A program made the translations under genes and the position numbers. Of a stretch of 26,005 nucleotides of DNA, positions 18,509 to 26,005 are shown in pieces; within the stretch, counting starts at the first letter, position 1, and the number at the start of each line of letters is the position of its first letter. Under the pieces are notes generated by a model. It was not told the DNA's origin. It saw only the letters and a program-made list of their open reading frames with translations, and ran no database searches. The stretch is from a virus (Duplodnaviria; Heunggongvirae; Uroviricota; Caudoviricetes), in IMG/VR virus record IMGVR_UViG_2703718840_000008; one strand, given 5' to 3'.

Positions 18509-20923
18509 TTAATACAGGTTTCGCCACTTATCATCTTCCTGCAAACGCTGGTTCCGATAGAAGATACGCAGGCCTGCTCCTGACGGAATACTGCCGCCGC
18601 GAAGGAGTAAATCGACCTCTTTCTCGCTGCCATCAAATCCTCTGGACTTCAGTTCATAGACGAGCTGCTGTCGTTGATGGTCTGTAATTCGCTGTTTGTA
18701 GTCTCTACGCCGTTTCGGCTTCACCAGGCGTAACCTTGCTGCCAGTTCCCGGCGCTCTTTTTTGCTCATACTGTGCAGGTAATCGTGCAACTCCTTGTCA
18801 TCCATGCGGGTAATGTCCGTTCTGGTGTCCCCATCAGCTGATTTGTCTTTCCCTTGTTGGTTCAAATTTTCAGCAAGGGGATAGTTATTGCCACGAGTCC
18901 AAGGGGCGCAAGCGCCCTGTTCGGCTGCCGCCTCCTGAACGTCAACGGCCTTACGAACCATTTTCCACTTCACTGCATGAGTGCAGATCTTGCCCTCTGC
19001 AATGGGTGACCAGATGCCATAAATACGAATACCGTGATCGCCATAGGCGGTCGGCTCTTCGTTAATTTCATAAGCTGTTCTGATAAGGTGATATTTGCGG
19101 GGAACCAGCACGCCGCCCTGCTTCATGATGTAGGTCGCAAAACAGCCAGCATCAGCAGCAGCCAGGATGGCATCAAGGCGTGGGTTATCCAGTACCGGCG
19201 CACCTGCTTTTATGTCACCCTGCTGCCTTGCCGCCTGACCAGCCAGCAATCGCAGTTCACGATAAGCCTGACGCCCCGGAATACCAAAGAAGCGGAATTG
19301 CTGAACACGATGCAGAGACGCCCAGGCATTCACGTATTCAGCGTTATCACGCAGGGATTTACCCGTTTCCTTGCTGATCTCGCCAGCCAGACCACGCCCG
19401 TCAATGTTCTTACTGATATATTTCGCGATGTAGCTTGTCGGCGTTCCTTTGCGCGGGTTAATCAACTCAGACTTAAAGCGCGGCCCCGTGTTATTGCCCA
19501 GCTCCTCGCGGTCTTCACGGATGGCAAACTTACGCAGTAATGCAGTGATGGCGCGGCGGTCTTTTTTGCGCATAAAACACAACAGGTGCCAGTGAACTGT
19601 ACCGTCATGATGTGGCTCAGCCACCCGCACGCCATACCACCGCAATCCGGCTTTGTGCATCGCCTTACGAAATGCAGCAAACATGCCGACCAGATAATCA
19701 CTGCTTTGTCTTACCGTCGCATTTGTCCAGGTCGGGTTGGGCCTGCCGTTATTTAGCGTGGAATGGAAACGTGACGGACAGGTGATGGTGTAGAAAACGG
19801 CGCAGTCACCGCGCATTTCCGCGATAAGCTCCAGGCCTTTAACACAGGCCATCATCTCATTGCGGCGATGCGCAGGGTTGCTGCTGCTGGCGTTTACCAC
19901 ATCCTCCATGTCCAGCGTGTCGCCGTCTTCGTTCACCAGTTCATGAGAACGAAAAAACTCCAGCGACTTACGGCGCTGCTCACGTTTATGCATCACGGCT
20001 TCATAGCTGACATAGGGAGATGCTTTTTTGCTGACCAGGCAGACAGCACGCAACTGCTCTTCCCGCCATTCGCAACGCATCTTCCATAATTTCCGGTACC
20101 ACCAGTCAGCGCACAACATACGCGCCAGCGAACCCGGAATGAGTTCATAGGGCACGGGTTTACGGCGGTTTCTTTTCCGGCGGAGTTGCTCAAACGCAGG
20201 CGGTATGACATCCAGTCGCAGGGTTTCTGCTGCCACCTTTTCCCATGTCTTGCGGATTTCTTCAGGCTTAACGTCATCGGTGGCATACAAATCGCCACAA
20301 GCTGCATCAAGGCACATGCTCATATGCGCAGCAACAAGGGTGGACAGGCGTTTCACCTGATCCTGACTCATTTCAGGCAGAATCAGCAGGCCGTCCAGCC
20401 CTTCATGGCTTGCCATAAAGCGAAAAGAAGTGGATAGCTGACTGTCGCGTACATGCTCCAGCCGTTCCAGACATGGCTTAATCGTCTCACGCAAATAGCG
20501 GGAATAAGCCTTTGGCCTGCCAAGGCTGCTGAAGTATTCAATACGTTGCATCAGCGGCTTGCTGATATGGGAAGGCTGGGCATTGACGTCCGCCAGAATG
20601 ACCATATCTGGATTAAAACGCTGCTGCTCATGCGCCAGCTTTGCCCGACTAATGAGCTTATCCTGCTCCATTTCGCGCTGGACAGGATCACGGGATTCAT
20701 TAAAGAAATAACGCTCCCAGACCTGATCACTCAGTGCCTCGCGGCGCAGCTGTTCCTGCTCGTTATCGGCAGCGTACAGAGTGATCAGGTTTGAAAGCGC
20801 AGAAACCGGCGCAACTTCCGCCGGGTCCAGATAAGGGTTAATGGCCTTTTTCGGGCTGTTCCATGAGAACGATGCGGCAGCCTCGTTAAAGCCGCAGCAG
20901 TTGTTCATATCGGCATGGCTCAT
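18509..20923 (-). CDS. A: Replication initiation protein gpA (rolling-circle initiator)
   Basis: 804-aa ORF at the position and scale of P2 gene A (761 aa), downstream of dam and the early genes; start overlaps the dam stop (ATGA). Confidence 0.85.
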   Translation of the reverse strand: MSHADMNNCCGFNEAAASFSWNSPKKAINPYLDPAEVAPVSALSNLITLYAADNEQEQLRREALSDQVWERYFFNESRDPVQREMEQDKLISRAKLAHEQQRFNPDMVILADVNAQPSHISKPLMQRIEYFSSLGRPKAYSRYLRETIKPCLERLEHVRDSQLSTSFRFMASHEGLDGLLILPEMSQDQVKRLSTLVAAHMSMCLDAACGDLYATDDVKPEEIRKTWEKVAAETLRLDVIPPAFEQLRRKRNRRKPVPYELIPGSLARMLCADWWYRKLWKMRCEWREEQLRAVCLVSKKASPYVSYEAVMHKREQRRKSLEFFRSHELVNEDGDTLDMEDVVNASSSNPAHRRNEMMACVKGLELIAEMRGDCAVFYTITCPSRFHSTLNNGRPNPTWTNATVRQSSDYLVGMFAAFRKAMHKAGLRWYGVRVAEPHHDGTVHWHLLCFMRKKDRRAITALLRKFAIREDREELGNNTGPRFKSELINPRKGTPTSYIAKYISKNIDGRGLAGEISKETGKSLRDNAEYVNAWASLHRVQQFRFFGIPGRQAYRELRLLAGQAARQQGDIKAGAPVLDNPRLDAILAAADAGCFATYIMKQGGVLVPRKYHLIRTAYEINEEPTAYGDHGIRIYGIWSPIAEGKICTHAVKWKMVRKAVDVQEAAAEQGACAPWTRGNNYPLAENLNQQGKDKSADGDTRTDITRMDDKELHDYLHSMSKKERRELAARLRLVKPKRRRDYKQRITDHQRQQLVYELKSRGFDGSEKEVDLLLRGGSIPSGAGLRIFYRNQRLQEDDKWRNLY

Positions 20924-21777
20924 GCACGTACTCCGTACACGGCAGAACTATCCACGCCACGCGAATAATCAAATCCCACCCAGCAGCGCGGCCCGGAAAC
21001 AGCAATGATTTCTGTTGCTGATTTACCCTCGCCAGCTGCCACACCGATGCTGCGTTTTGCCTTGATGTAGTGGTGAGTAAAATTGCGATACAGCGAACGG
21101 ATCAGGGATGTGTCACTGTTAGAAACAATGACCGGATGTCCTTCTGATGACCGATGTTCAAGAACAGATGCCAGGTGATACTGGTCATCTTCAGTGAAAC
21201 CATCAGTGTGATAGCCGGAAAACTTACCGTCATACGGCGGATCGCAATACACCACATCCCCCGCCTTCAACATCGCCAGCGTTTCATCAAAGCTGGCGCA
21301 GATAAACGTTGCTCGCTGGGCCTTTTCTGCAAATGCGCGAATTTCTTTTTCAGGGAAATACGGATTTTTATAATTACCGTAGGGAATGTTGAAATGCCCG
21401 CTCTTGTTATAGCGACATAAACCACGGTAACCGTGACGATTGAGATACAGGAAATATACCGCTTTCATGAAATCAGTAATTTCAGTGGAGTAATTAAACT
21501 CCTGCCTTATGTTGTAATAAGCCACCTCCCTGTTTGCGATCTCAAATAAAACTCTGGCGCGAGATATAAACGATTCACAATCAGCAGCAACCTTTTTATA
21601 GAGGTTGATTAAATCAGGATTAATATCCGCAACCAGATAGCTGGGGTAATCCGTCTCCATCATCACAGCACAGGAACCCGCGAAAGGTTCAACCAGTCGC
21701 GGGCCAGCAGGAAGGTGTTTTTTCAGTTCGGACATAATGGCGGTTTTATTTCCCGCCCATTTCAGGATGGTGCTCAT
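20920..21777 (-). CDS. dam: DNA adenine methyltransferase (Dam-like, orphan)
   Basis: 285-aa product from the ATG at 21777 ([11 protein letters not shown]...) with the catalytic DPPY motif; no adjacent restriction endonuclease gene; start overlaps the stop of the upstream zinc-finger ORF. Confidence 0.85.
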   Translation of the reverse strand: MSTILKWAGNKTAIMSELKKHLPAGPRLVEPFAGSCAVMMETDYPSYLVADINPDLINLYKKVAADCESFISRARVLFEIANREVAYYNIRQEFNYSTEITDFMKAVYFLYLNRHGYRGLCRYNKSGHFNIPYGNYKNPYFPEKEIRAFAEKAQRATFICASFDETLAMLKAGDVVYCDPPYDGKFSGYHTDGFTEDDQYHLASVLEHRSSEGHPVIVSNSDTSLIRSLYRNFTHHYIKAKRSIGVAAGEGKSATEIIAVSGPRCWVGFDYSRGVDSSAVYGVRA

Positions 21778-22001
21778 ACAGCACCTCCGTTGTAATGTTT
21801 GCCTTTCAGCTCTGCGATTTCCTGACAGGTAATGCAAAGCTGCACCCCCGGAATGGCACGGCGGCGTGCTGGCGGAATTGGCGCTTCACACTCAACGCAA
21901 AGCACGCGGGACACGCCCGGCGTTTTGGCACGGGCAGCACGGATATGACGTTGGCGTTCTTCTTCAACTCGCTGCTGTACGAGATCCATTGCATCAGCCA
22001 T
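21774..22001 (-). CDS. TraR/DksA-family zinc-finger protein
   Basis: 75-aa ORF with a C-terminal C4 zinc finger (CVECEAPIP...CITCQ) typical of phage TraR-like proteins; stop-start overlap with neighbours. Confidence 0.7.
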   Translation of the reverse strand: MADAMDLVQQRVEEERQRHIRAARAKTPGVSRVLCVECEAPIPPARRRAIPGVQLCITCQEIAELKGKHYNGGAV

Positions 22002-22240
22002 CAGTGGATCTCCTGCGCTTCGTTCTGGATTGCTTCAGCAGTCACACGCAGCAGTTCTGCCGCTTCGACGTGGTTTAGTTGGCGGGATGTGATATGACAC
22101 GCCAGGTTATCAAGGCGAGCTGCCATTGCTTCAGCCCTTGCCCGGCGTTCTTCCAGACGAGCCTCTGTCAGTAAAATATTAAGCCCTGCATCATCCGGTC
22201 CGGTTTTAGTCGTGAGGGTTTCAATATTACGCATAATCAA
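22001..22240 (-). CDS. Hypothetical early-region protein
   Basis: 79-aa ORF in the early operon between cII and A; stop overlaps the next start. Confidence 0.5.
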   Translation of the reverse strand: MIMRNIETLTTKTGPDDAGLNILLTEARLEERRARAEAMAARLDNLACHITSRQLNHVEAAELLRVTAEAIQNEAQEIH

Positions 22241-22301
22241 TTCTCCTGAATTTAGATAAAGGGATGCCCGGCGGGTTTACGCCATTAATTTCATTAGTTG
22301 G

Positions 22302-22643
22302 TTAATTCGGCATGGTTAGCCGTCTGGGAAATAAGCTCACCACTGCACGAAAATGATTCATTGCTTTAATCAGCTCCCGCTTTTCGTCAGTGGTCAGCTC
22401 ATTAATGCTGATGCTATGACGTTCAGCTGGAATTTTTGCCATAAAGAATATGGCAGCCAGTGCCCGTTTATTTTGTTCATTATTGATATCCCGTGGATCA
22501 CGCATATCTTTAATAAACCGCTCAAGCTCTGACTCAATATTCATGCCAAAAACTTTCGCCCTTAACTCCGCAATGTGATTAAGTCCATTCAGGCGTTCAC
22601 CGGGGCTTAATGGAACAGTTGCTGCAGCGCCATTAATTGCCAT
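22302..22643 (-). CDS. Hypothetical early-region protein
   Basis: 113-aa ORF with GGGGGA-type RBS about 10 nt upstream of the ATG at 22643. Confidence 0.5.
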   Translation of the reverse strand: MAINGAAATVPLSPGERLNGLNHIAELRAKVFGMNIESELERFIKDMRDPRDINNEQNKRALAAIFFMAKIPAERHSISINELTTDEKRELIKAMNHFRAVVSLFPRRLTMPN

Positions 22644-22665
22644 ACTTCATATCCCCCAAACGCAG

Positions 22666-22890
22666 CTATCGTTCTTTGTTCTTACGGTAACGCTCAAGAG
22701 GAGATACATTTTTTCGTATCGTCTCTTTAACCTGCTCTCCCCGTAAAAACGTCCCATCCTTTAACGTGAAAAAGTAACTGCCATCGCCCGACAATGACGG
22801 ATAGCAACAGAGCAAATCATCTTCAGGTACTGAATAACTCTCCCCTCTGTAACGAAACTGATAAACCACTTCACTTTCTGCCGCATACAT
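22666..22890 (-). CDS. Hypothetical early-region protein
   Basis: 74-aa ORF with GGAGA RBS upstream of the ATG at 22890; overlaps the 3' end of the next ORF in another frame. Confidence 0.45.
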   Translation of the reverse strand: MYAAESEVVYQFRYRGESYSVPEDDLLCCYPSLSGDGSYFFTLKDGTFLRGEQVKETIRKNVSPLERYRKNKER

Positions 22891-23057
22891 TTGGACTTTC
22901 TCCGTTTCCTCGTGGTCAATTCAGACAGCAATTCATCTTGTGAATGACATGGATGCCAGCGTTTTCCATCCTCACCCGTGATCCAGCCGTGACCGTAGTG
23001 CATTGCCGGACTTTGTTTTACCAGCAGCGACGCAAATGATGGTTCTTTCGTCAGCAT
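22761..23057 (-). CDS. Hypothetical protein translationally coupled to cII (overlaps the previous ORF)
   Basis: ATG at 23057 preceded by GAGGTG that contains the cII stop codon; the N-terminal half looks protein-like, the C-terminal half overlaps the 74-aa ORF and may be non-coding or frameshifted. Confidence 0.3.
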   Translation of the reverse strand: MLTKEPSFASLLVKQSPAMHYGHGWITGEDGKRWHPCHSQDELLSELTTRKRRKSKCMRQKVKWFISFVTEGRVIQYLKMICSVAIRHCRAMAVTFSR

Positions 23058-23064
23058 AAGCACC

Positions 23065-23574
23065 TCACAGCAAACCGAATGAAGCACCGAGGCCAGTCAC
23101 GGTATCAACTGCACTCGCCATCGCAGGATTAGCCTGTAAACGGGCCTGCAATGAAACAGCCGCCAGCGCCATCAGTCGTGTTACAGAGTTAATGCTGCTG
23201 ATAGCATCACGACGACCTGCACTGGTTTTTACATCGCCAGATACCGCACCTGCAGCAACACGCCCGATCTCTGCGGTTGCACTCATGACGTAATGTGGCA
23301 GTTTCTCTTTTGCTACCTCATTAATCGGTACACATGGCAGACAATGAATCTGTGCCAGAAAACCATCTACCAACGTTGAATCTTCAGTCAGATCGGTAAG
23401 CAGCCAGATTTCTGGTGCGGTTAATAAATGAGGTTGAGCTGGGTTCAGCTTGTTCCGCAGAATCTGCACATTCATGCCCGCACGTTCTGCCAGTTGCACC
23501 AGATTGTGGCGCAGTGCGAATGCACGACAGGCTTCATCAAAATGTGGATGTTTGGAAACTTGGTAATCAAACAT
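23065..23574 (-). CDS. cII: 186 CII-like transcriptional activator
   Basis: 169-aa product from the ATG at 23574 ([19 protein letters not shown]...), matching the length and my recollection of phage 186 CII; sits after apl in the rightward early operon. Confidence 0.7.
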   Translation of the reverse strand: MFDYQVSKHPHFDEACRAFALRHNLVQLAERAGMNVQILRNKLNPAQPHLLTAPEIWLLTDLTEDSTLVDGFLAQIHCLPCVPINEVAKEKLPHYVMSATAEIGRVAAGAVSGDVKTSAGRRDAISSINSVTRLMALAAVSLQARLQANPAMASAVDTVTGLGASFGLL

Positions 23575-23638
23575 GGTTTTCAACTCCGAACTTATCGCAA
23601 AATCGAACTCAGCGTCTTATTGCGAAAATAGACGTCTA

Positions 23639-23842
23639 TTAAGCAGACAAAGCATCAACAGTCAGAGCAGCCAGGTTAATCATTACCTTTTCACGTTTTT
23701 TGTCTTTACGAAGACGATGACGAGGTAGTCGGCCATCAGCCAACATGTCGTTAATCGTATCAATAGAAAGGCCAGTCAGTTCGCTATAACGTTCGATTGT
23801 GACATGTGGTGTATTCAGAGTAATTGAAATGTTAGGTGTCAT
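23639..23842 (-). CDS. Apl/Cox-type excisionase-regulator (HTH)
   Basis: 67-aa basic ORF with HTH-like segment ([22 protein letters not shown]), first gene of the early operon, divergent from cI; AAGGAA RBS. Confidence 0.6.
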   Translation of the reverse strand: MTPNISITLNTPHVTIERYSELTGLSIDTINDMLADGRLPRHRLRKDKKREKVMINLAALTVDALSA

Positions 23843-23987
23843 AAGGCAACATTCCTTCTAGATATGGCTTGTGGCGAGCCGTTGTTTGTCGTGATTAGTA
23901 GTGAAGGCTCCAAAAGAACACTTCTGGTTCAACTTTAAGATCGCTTTTGGAATCTGTCAACGAATTTTGGATTTCTTTGGAGGACTT

Positions 23988-24557
23988 GTGGATTTCAATA
24001 GCGGCGGTAAGAAAGCCATAGAACGTTTAGTTGAAGCATATGGGTTCGGTACTCGTCAGGCTCTCTGTGATCATTTAGGTGTTTCTAAGAGCACCATGGC
24101 AACGCGCTATATGCGTGATATTTTTCCAGCAGATTGGGTAATCCAGTGCGCCCTTGAAACGGGCACCTCGCTTAATTGGCTAACAACAGGGCATGGTTCA
24201 AAGCAAGCATCAGCAAATACAAATACTATAGAAGTAGAAAAATATTTATTGTCTGATGGAGCATTGCAGAAAGACGGTTTTTATATTTTTGATAAGGGAT
24301 TTCTACCCTCTACGTTTAAAAAACCTTTTGTCATCACAGATAACAATTCTGAATTTATTTGTGATAAAGAATTTGATGATATACGTGATGGTAAATGGGT
24401 AATAAGTATTGATGGCGAAATAACGATCCGTGACATTACTCGTTTACCCGGTGGAAGAATCTTCGTCGAGGGTGGAAACAGAGCCTTCGAATGCAAGATA
24501 GAAGACATTGAAATAATTGGTAAAATTATAAGTTTAACAGTCAAGTATGTTAAATAG
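23988..24557 (+). CDS. cI: 186 CI-type immunity repressor
   Basis: Product of about 190 aa, divergent from apl, with N-terminal HTH-like region (LVEAYGF...ALETGTSLNWLTTG). The start is uncertain: the track ORF begins at a GTG at 23901, while a GTG at 23988 follows a GGAGGA motif. Confidence 0.7.
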   Translation: MDFNSGGKKAIERLVEAYGFGTRQALCDHLGVSKSTMATRYMRDIFPADWVIQCALETGTSLNWLTTGHGSKQASANTNTIEVEKYLLSDGALQKDGFYIFDKGFLPSTFKKPFVITDNNSEFICDKEFDDIRDGKWVISIDGEITIRDITRLPGGRIFVEGGNRAFECKIEDIEIIGKIISLTVKYVK

Positions 24558-24572
24558 TACCGGGAGGAAACT

Positions 24573-24764
24573 ATGCTTGGTAAGGTATTTTTTGTGGTTT
24601 TGTCATGTTCTTTGTTATTAAACCCACTAACTACCTATGCTAGAAATTATCCCTGCTCAGGGAAAAAGGGAGGTGTTTCTCACTGTACCTCAGATGGCAA
24701 ATTCGTTTGCAATGATGGAACTATTAGTAAATCCAAAAAAATCTGTACTAAAAACTCACGATAA
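24573..24764 (+). CDS. Small predicted secreted Cys-rich protein (moron-like)
   Basis: 63-aa ORF with strong RBS (GGAGG), N-terminal signal-peptide-like segment ([23 protein letters not shown]) and four Cys in the ~40-aa mature part; AT-rich; sits between cI and int. Confidence 0.5.
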   Translation: MLGKVFFVVLSCSLLLNPLTTYARNYPCSGKKGGVSHCTSDGKFVCNDGTISKSKKICTKNSR

Positions 24765-24952
24765 TTTTTGTTTTTATATCTGCGTCTAAAATAAAAATGA
24801 GCCGCAGGTTAACCGCAAAAGTTACATGCTCACATAGCAAAAAGAATAGCCAACTTCATTATGGCTTCAGTGAGATGTATGGTCGTAGGATTTCATACAT
24901 TGACACTGGTTATACATACAGTAAAAATGCTCTCTACTGGAGGGCATTTTTT

Positions 24953-26005
24953 ATGGCAGTACGAAAACTCACCACAGGGAAATGGCTTTGCGAATGTTAC
25001 CCCGCCGGACGAAGTGGGCGTCGTGTGCGTAAACAATTCGCCACCAAAGGCGAAGCTCTGGCTTTTGAGCGTCACACGATGGAAGAAACCGAATCAAAGC
25101 CCTGGCTGGGCGAATCAGTGGATCGTCGAACCCTGAAAGACGTGGTTGAGCTATGGTTCAAACTACATGGTAAATCTCTGACTGCTGGACAGCATGTCTA
25201 TGACAAATTGCTGCTGATGGTTGACGCTCTAGGCAATCCTCTTGCAACCGATCTCACCTCTAAAATGTTTGCCCACTATCGAGATAAACGCCTGACAGGC
25301 GAGATCTACTTCAGCGAGAAATGGAAGAAAGGAGCAAGCCCGGTCACCATTAACCTGGAGCAAAGCTATCTAAGTAGTGTTTTTAGCGAACTATCCCGTC
25401 TGGGCGAATGGTCGTATCCGAACCCACTGGAGAACATGCGAAAATTCACCATCGCAGAAAAAGAGATGGCATGGCTTACCCATGAGCAGATTGTTGAATT
25501 GCTGGCTGATTGCAAACGTCAGGACCCAATTCTGGCACTGGTAGTTAAGATATGCTTAAGCACAGGCGCACGCTGGCGTGAAGCCGTAAATCTTACCCGC
25601 TCACAGGTGACCAAATACCGAATTACCTTTGTCAGAACGAAGGGGAAGAAAAACAGAAGCATCCCTATCAGTAAAGAGCTTTACGAAGAGATCATGGCGC
25701 TTGATGGGTTCAATTTCTTCACAGACTGCTATTTTCAATTTTTATCCGTGATGGAAAAAACGTCTATCGTGCTCCCTCGCGGTCAACTCACACACGTTCT
25801 GCGCCATACGTTTGCGGCGCACTTCATGATGTCGGGTGGAAACATTCTGGCCTTACAAAAAATTCTCGGACACCACGATATAAAAATGACTATGCGTTAC
25901 GCACATCTGGCACCGGATCATCTGGAAACGGCGCTCCGTTTCAATCCTCTGGCAACGCTGCCAAGTGGCGACAAAGTGGCGGCAGCGGTTGGCATTACCC
26001 CGTAA
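24953..26005 (+). CDS. int: Tyrosine integrase (P2/186 type)
   Basis: 350-aa product from the ATG at 24953 (GGAGGG RBS); C-terminal catalytic region contains the R...HxxR...Y pattern (ARWREA, HVLRHTFAAH, MTMRYAHL); transcribed toward the expected att site beyond the window edge. Confidence 0.9.
   Translation: MAVRKLTTGKWLCECYPAGRSGRRVRKQFATKGEALAFERHTMEETESKPWLGESVDRRTLKDVVELWFKLHGKSLTAGQHVYDKLLLMVDALGNPLATDLTSKMFAHYRDKRLTGEIYFSEKWKKGASPVTINLEQSYLSSVFSELSRLGEWSYPNPLENMRKFTIAEKEMAWLTHEQIVELLADCKRQDPILALVVKICLSTGARWREAVNLTRSQVTKYRITFVRTKGKKNRSIPISKELYEEIMALDGFNFFTDCYFQFLSVMEKTSIVLPRGQLTHVLRHTFAAHFMMSGGNILALQKILGHHDIKMTMRYAHLAPDHLETALRFNPLATLPSGDKVAAAVGITP

Larger units (their letters stand above)
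2700..26005. mobile_element. P2/186-family prophage, apparently defective (tail module deleted), continuing beyond the window right edge
   Basis: Contiguous P2-like gene order: ogr, D fragment, spanin-tape measure fusion, endolysin, holin, X, L, M, N, O, divergent P-Q, cos-like site, tum/dinI, A, dam, cII, apl, cI, int. Left boundary lies somewhere in 2621-2855; right boundary not in window. Confidence 0.9.

Noticed and set aside
24797-24952. N-terminal extension of the integrase ORF (track ORF starts at 24797)
   Set aside because: The integrase family N-terminus begins at MAVRKL (ATG 24953) with a good RBS; the upstream in-frame stretch is probably non-coding.
1-26005. CRISPR arrays, tRNA or rRNA genes
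   Set aside because: No regularly spaced direct repeats and no tRNA-like or rRNA-like sequence noticed by eye; a tRNA scan would be needed to exclude small RNAs fully.

Overview
The first ~2.7 kb is ordinary E. coli-type chromosome (grxA, ybjM, ybjL). From about 2.7 kb to the window end lies a P2/186-family prophage that continues past the right edge, in the order ogr, remnant tail genes, lysis cassette, head/packaging genes L-M-N-O and P-Q, accessory island, tum-like SOS operon, replication gene A, dam, early genes, cII, apl, cI, int. The prophage looks defective: an in-frame deletion fuses an Rz/LysB-like spanin N-terminus to the C-terminal part of the tape-measure protein, removing the tail sheath/tube/baseplate/fibre module, and tail gene D survives only as a C-terminal fragment. 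The most interesting region is a low-GC accessory island (~12.7-17.6 kb) with two cargo cassettes flanking a candidate cos site. One is a 778-aa RloC/PrrC-like ABC ATPase with a central CxxC zinc hook, a candidate anticodon-nuclease/abortive-infection protein, sitting between cos and the portal gene. The other is a darT-darG (DUF4433 toxin / macrodomain antitoxin) pair between cos and the tum-like operon. All calls rest on reading the sequence and on recalled family features; no database search was run. No rRNA, tRNA or CRISPR array was seen.
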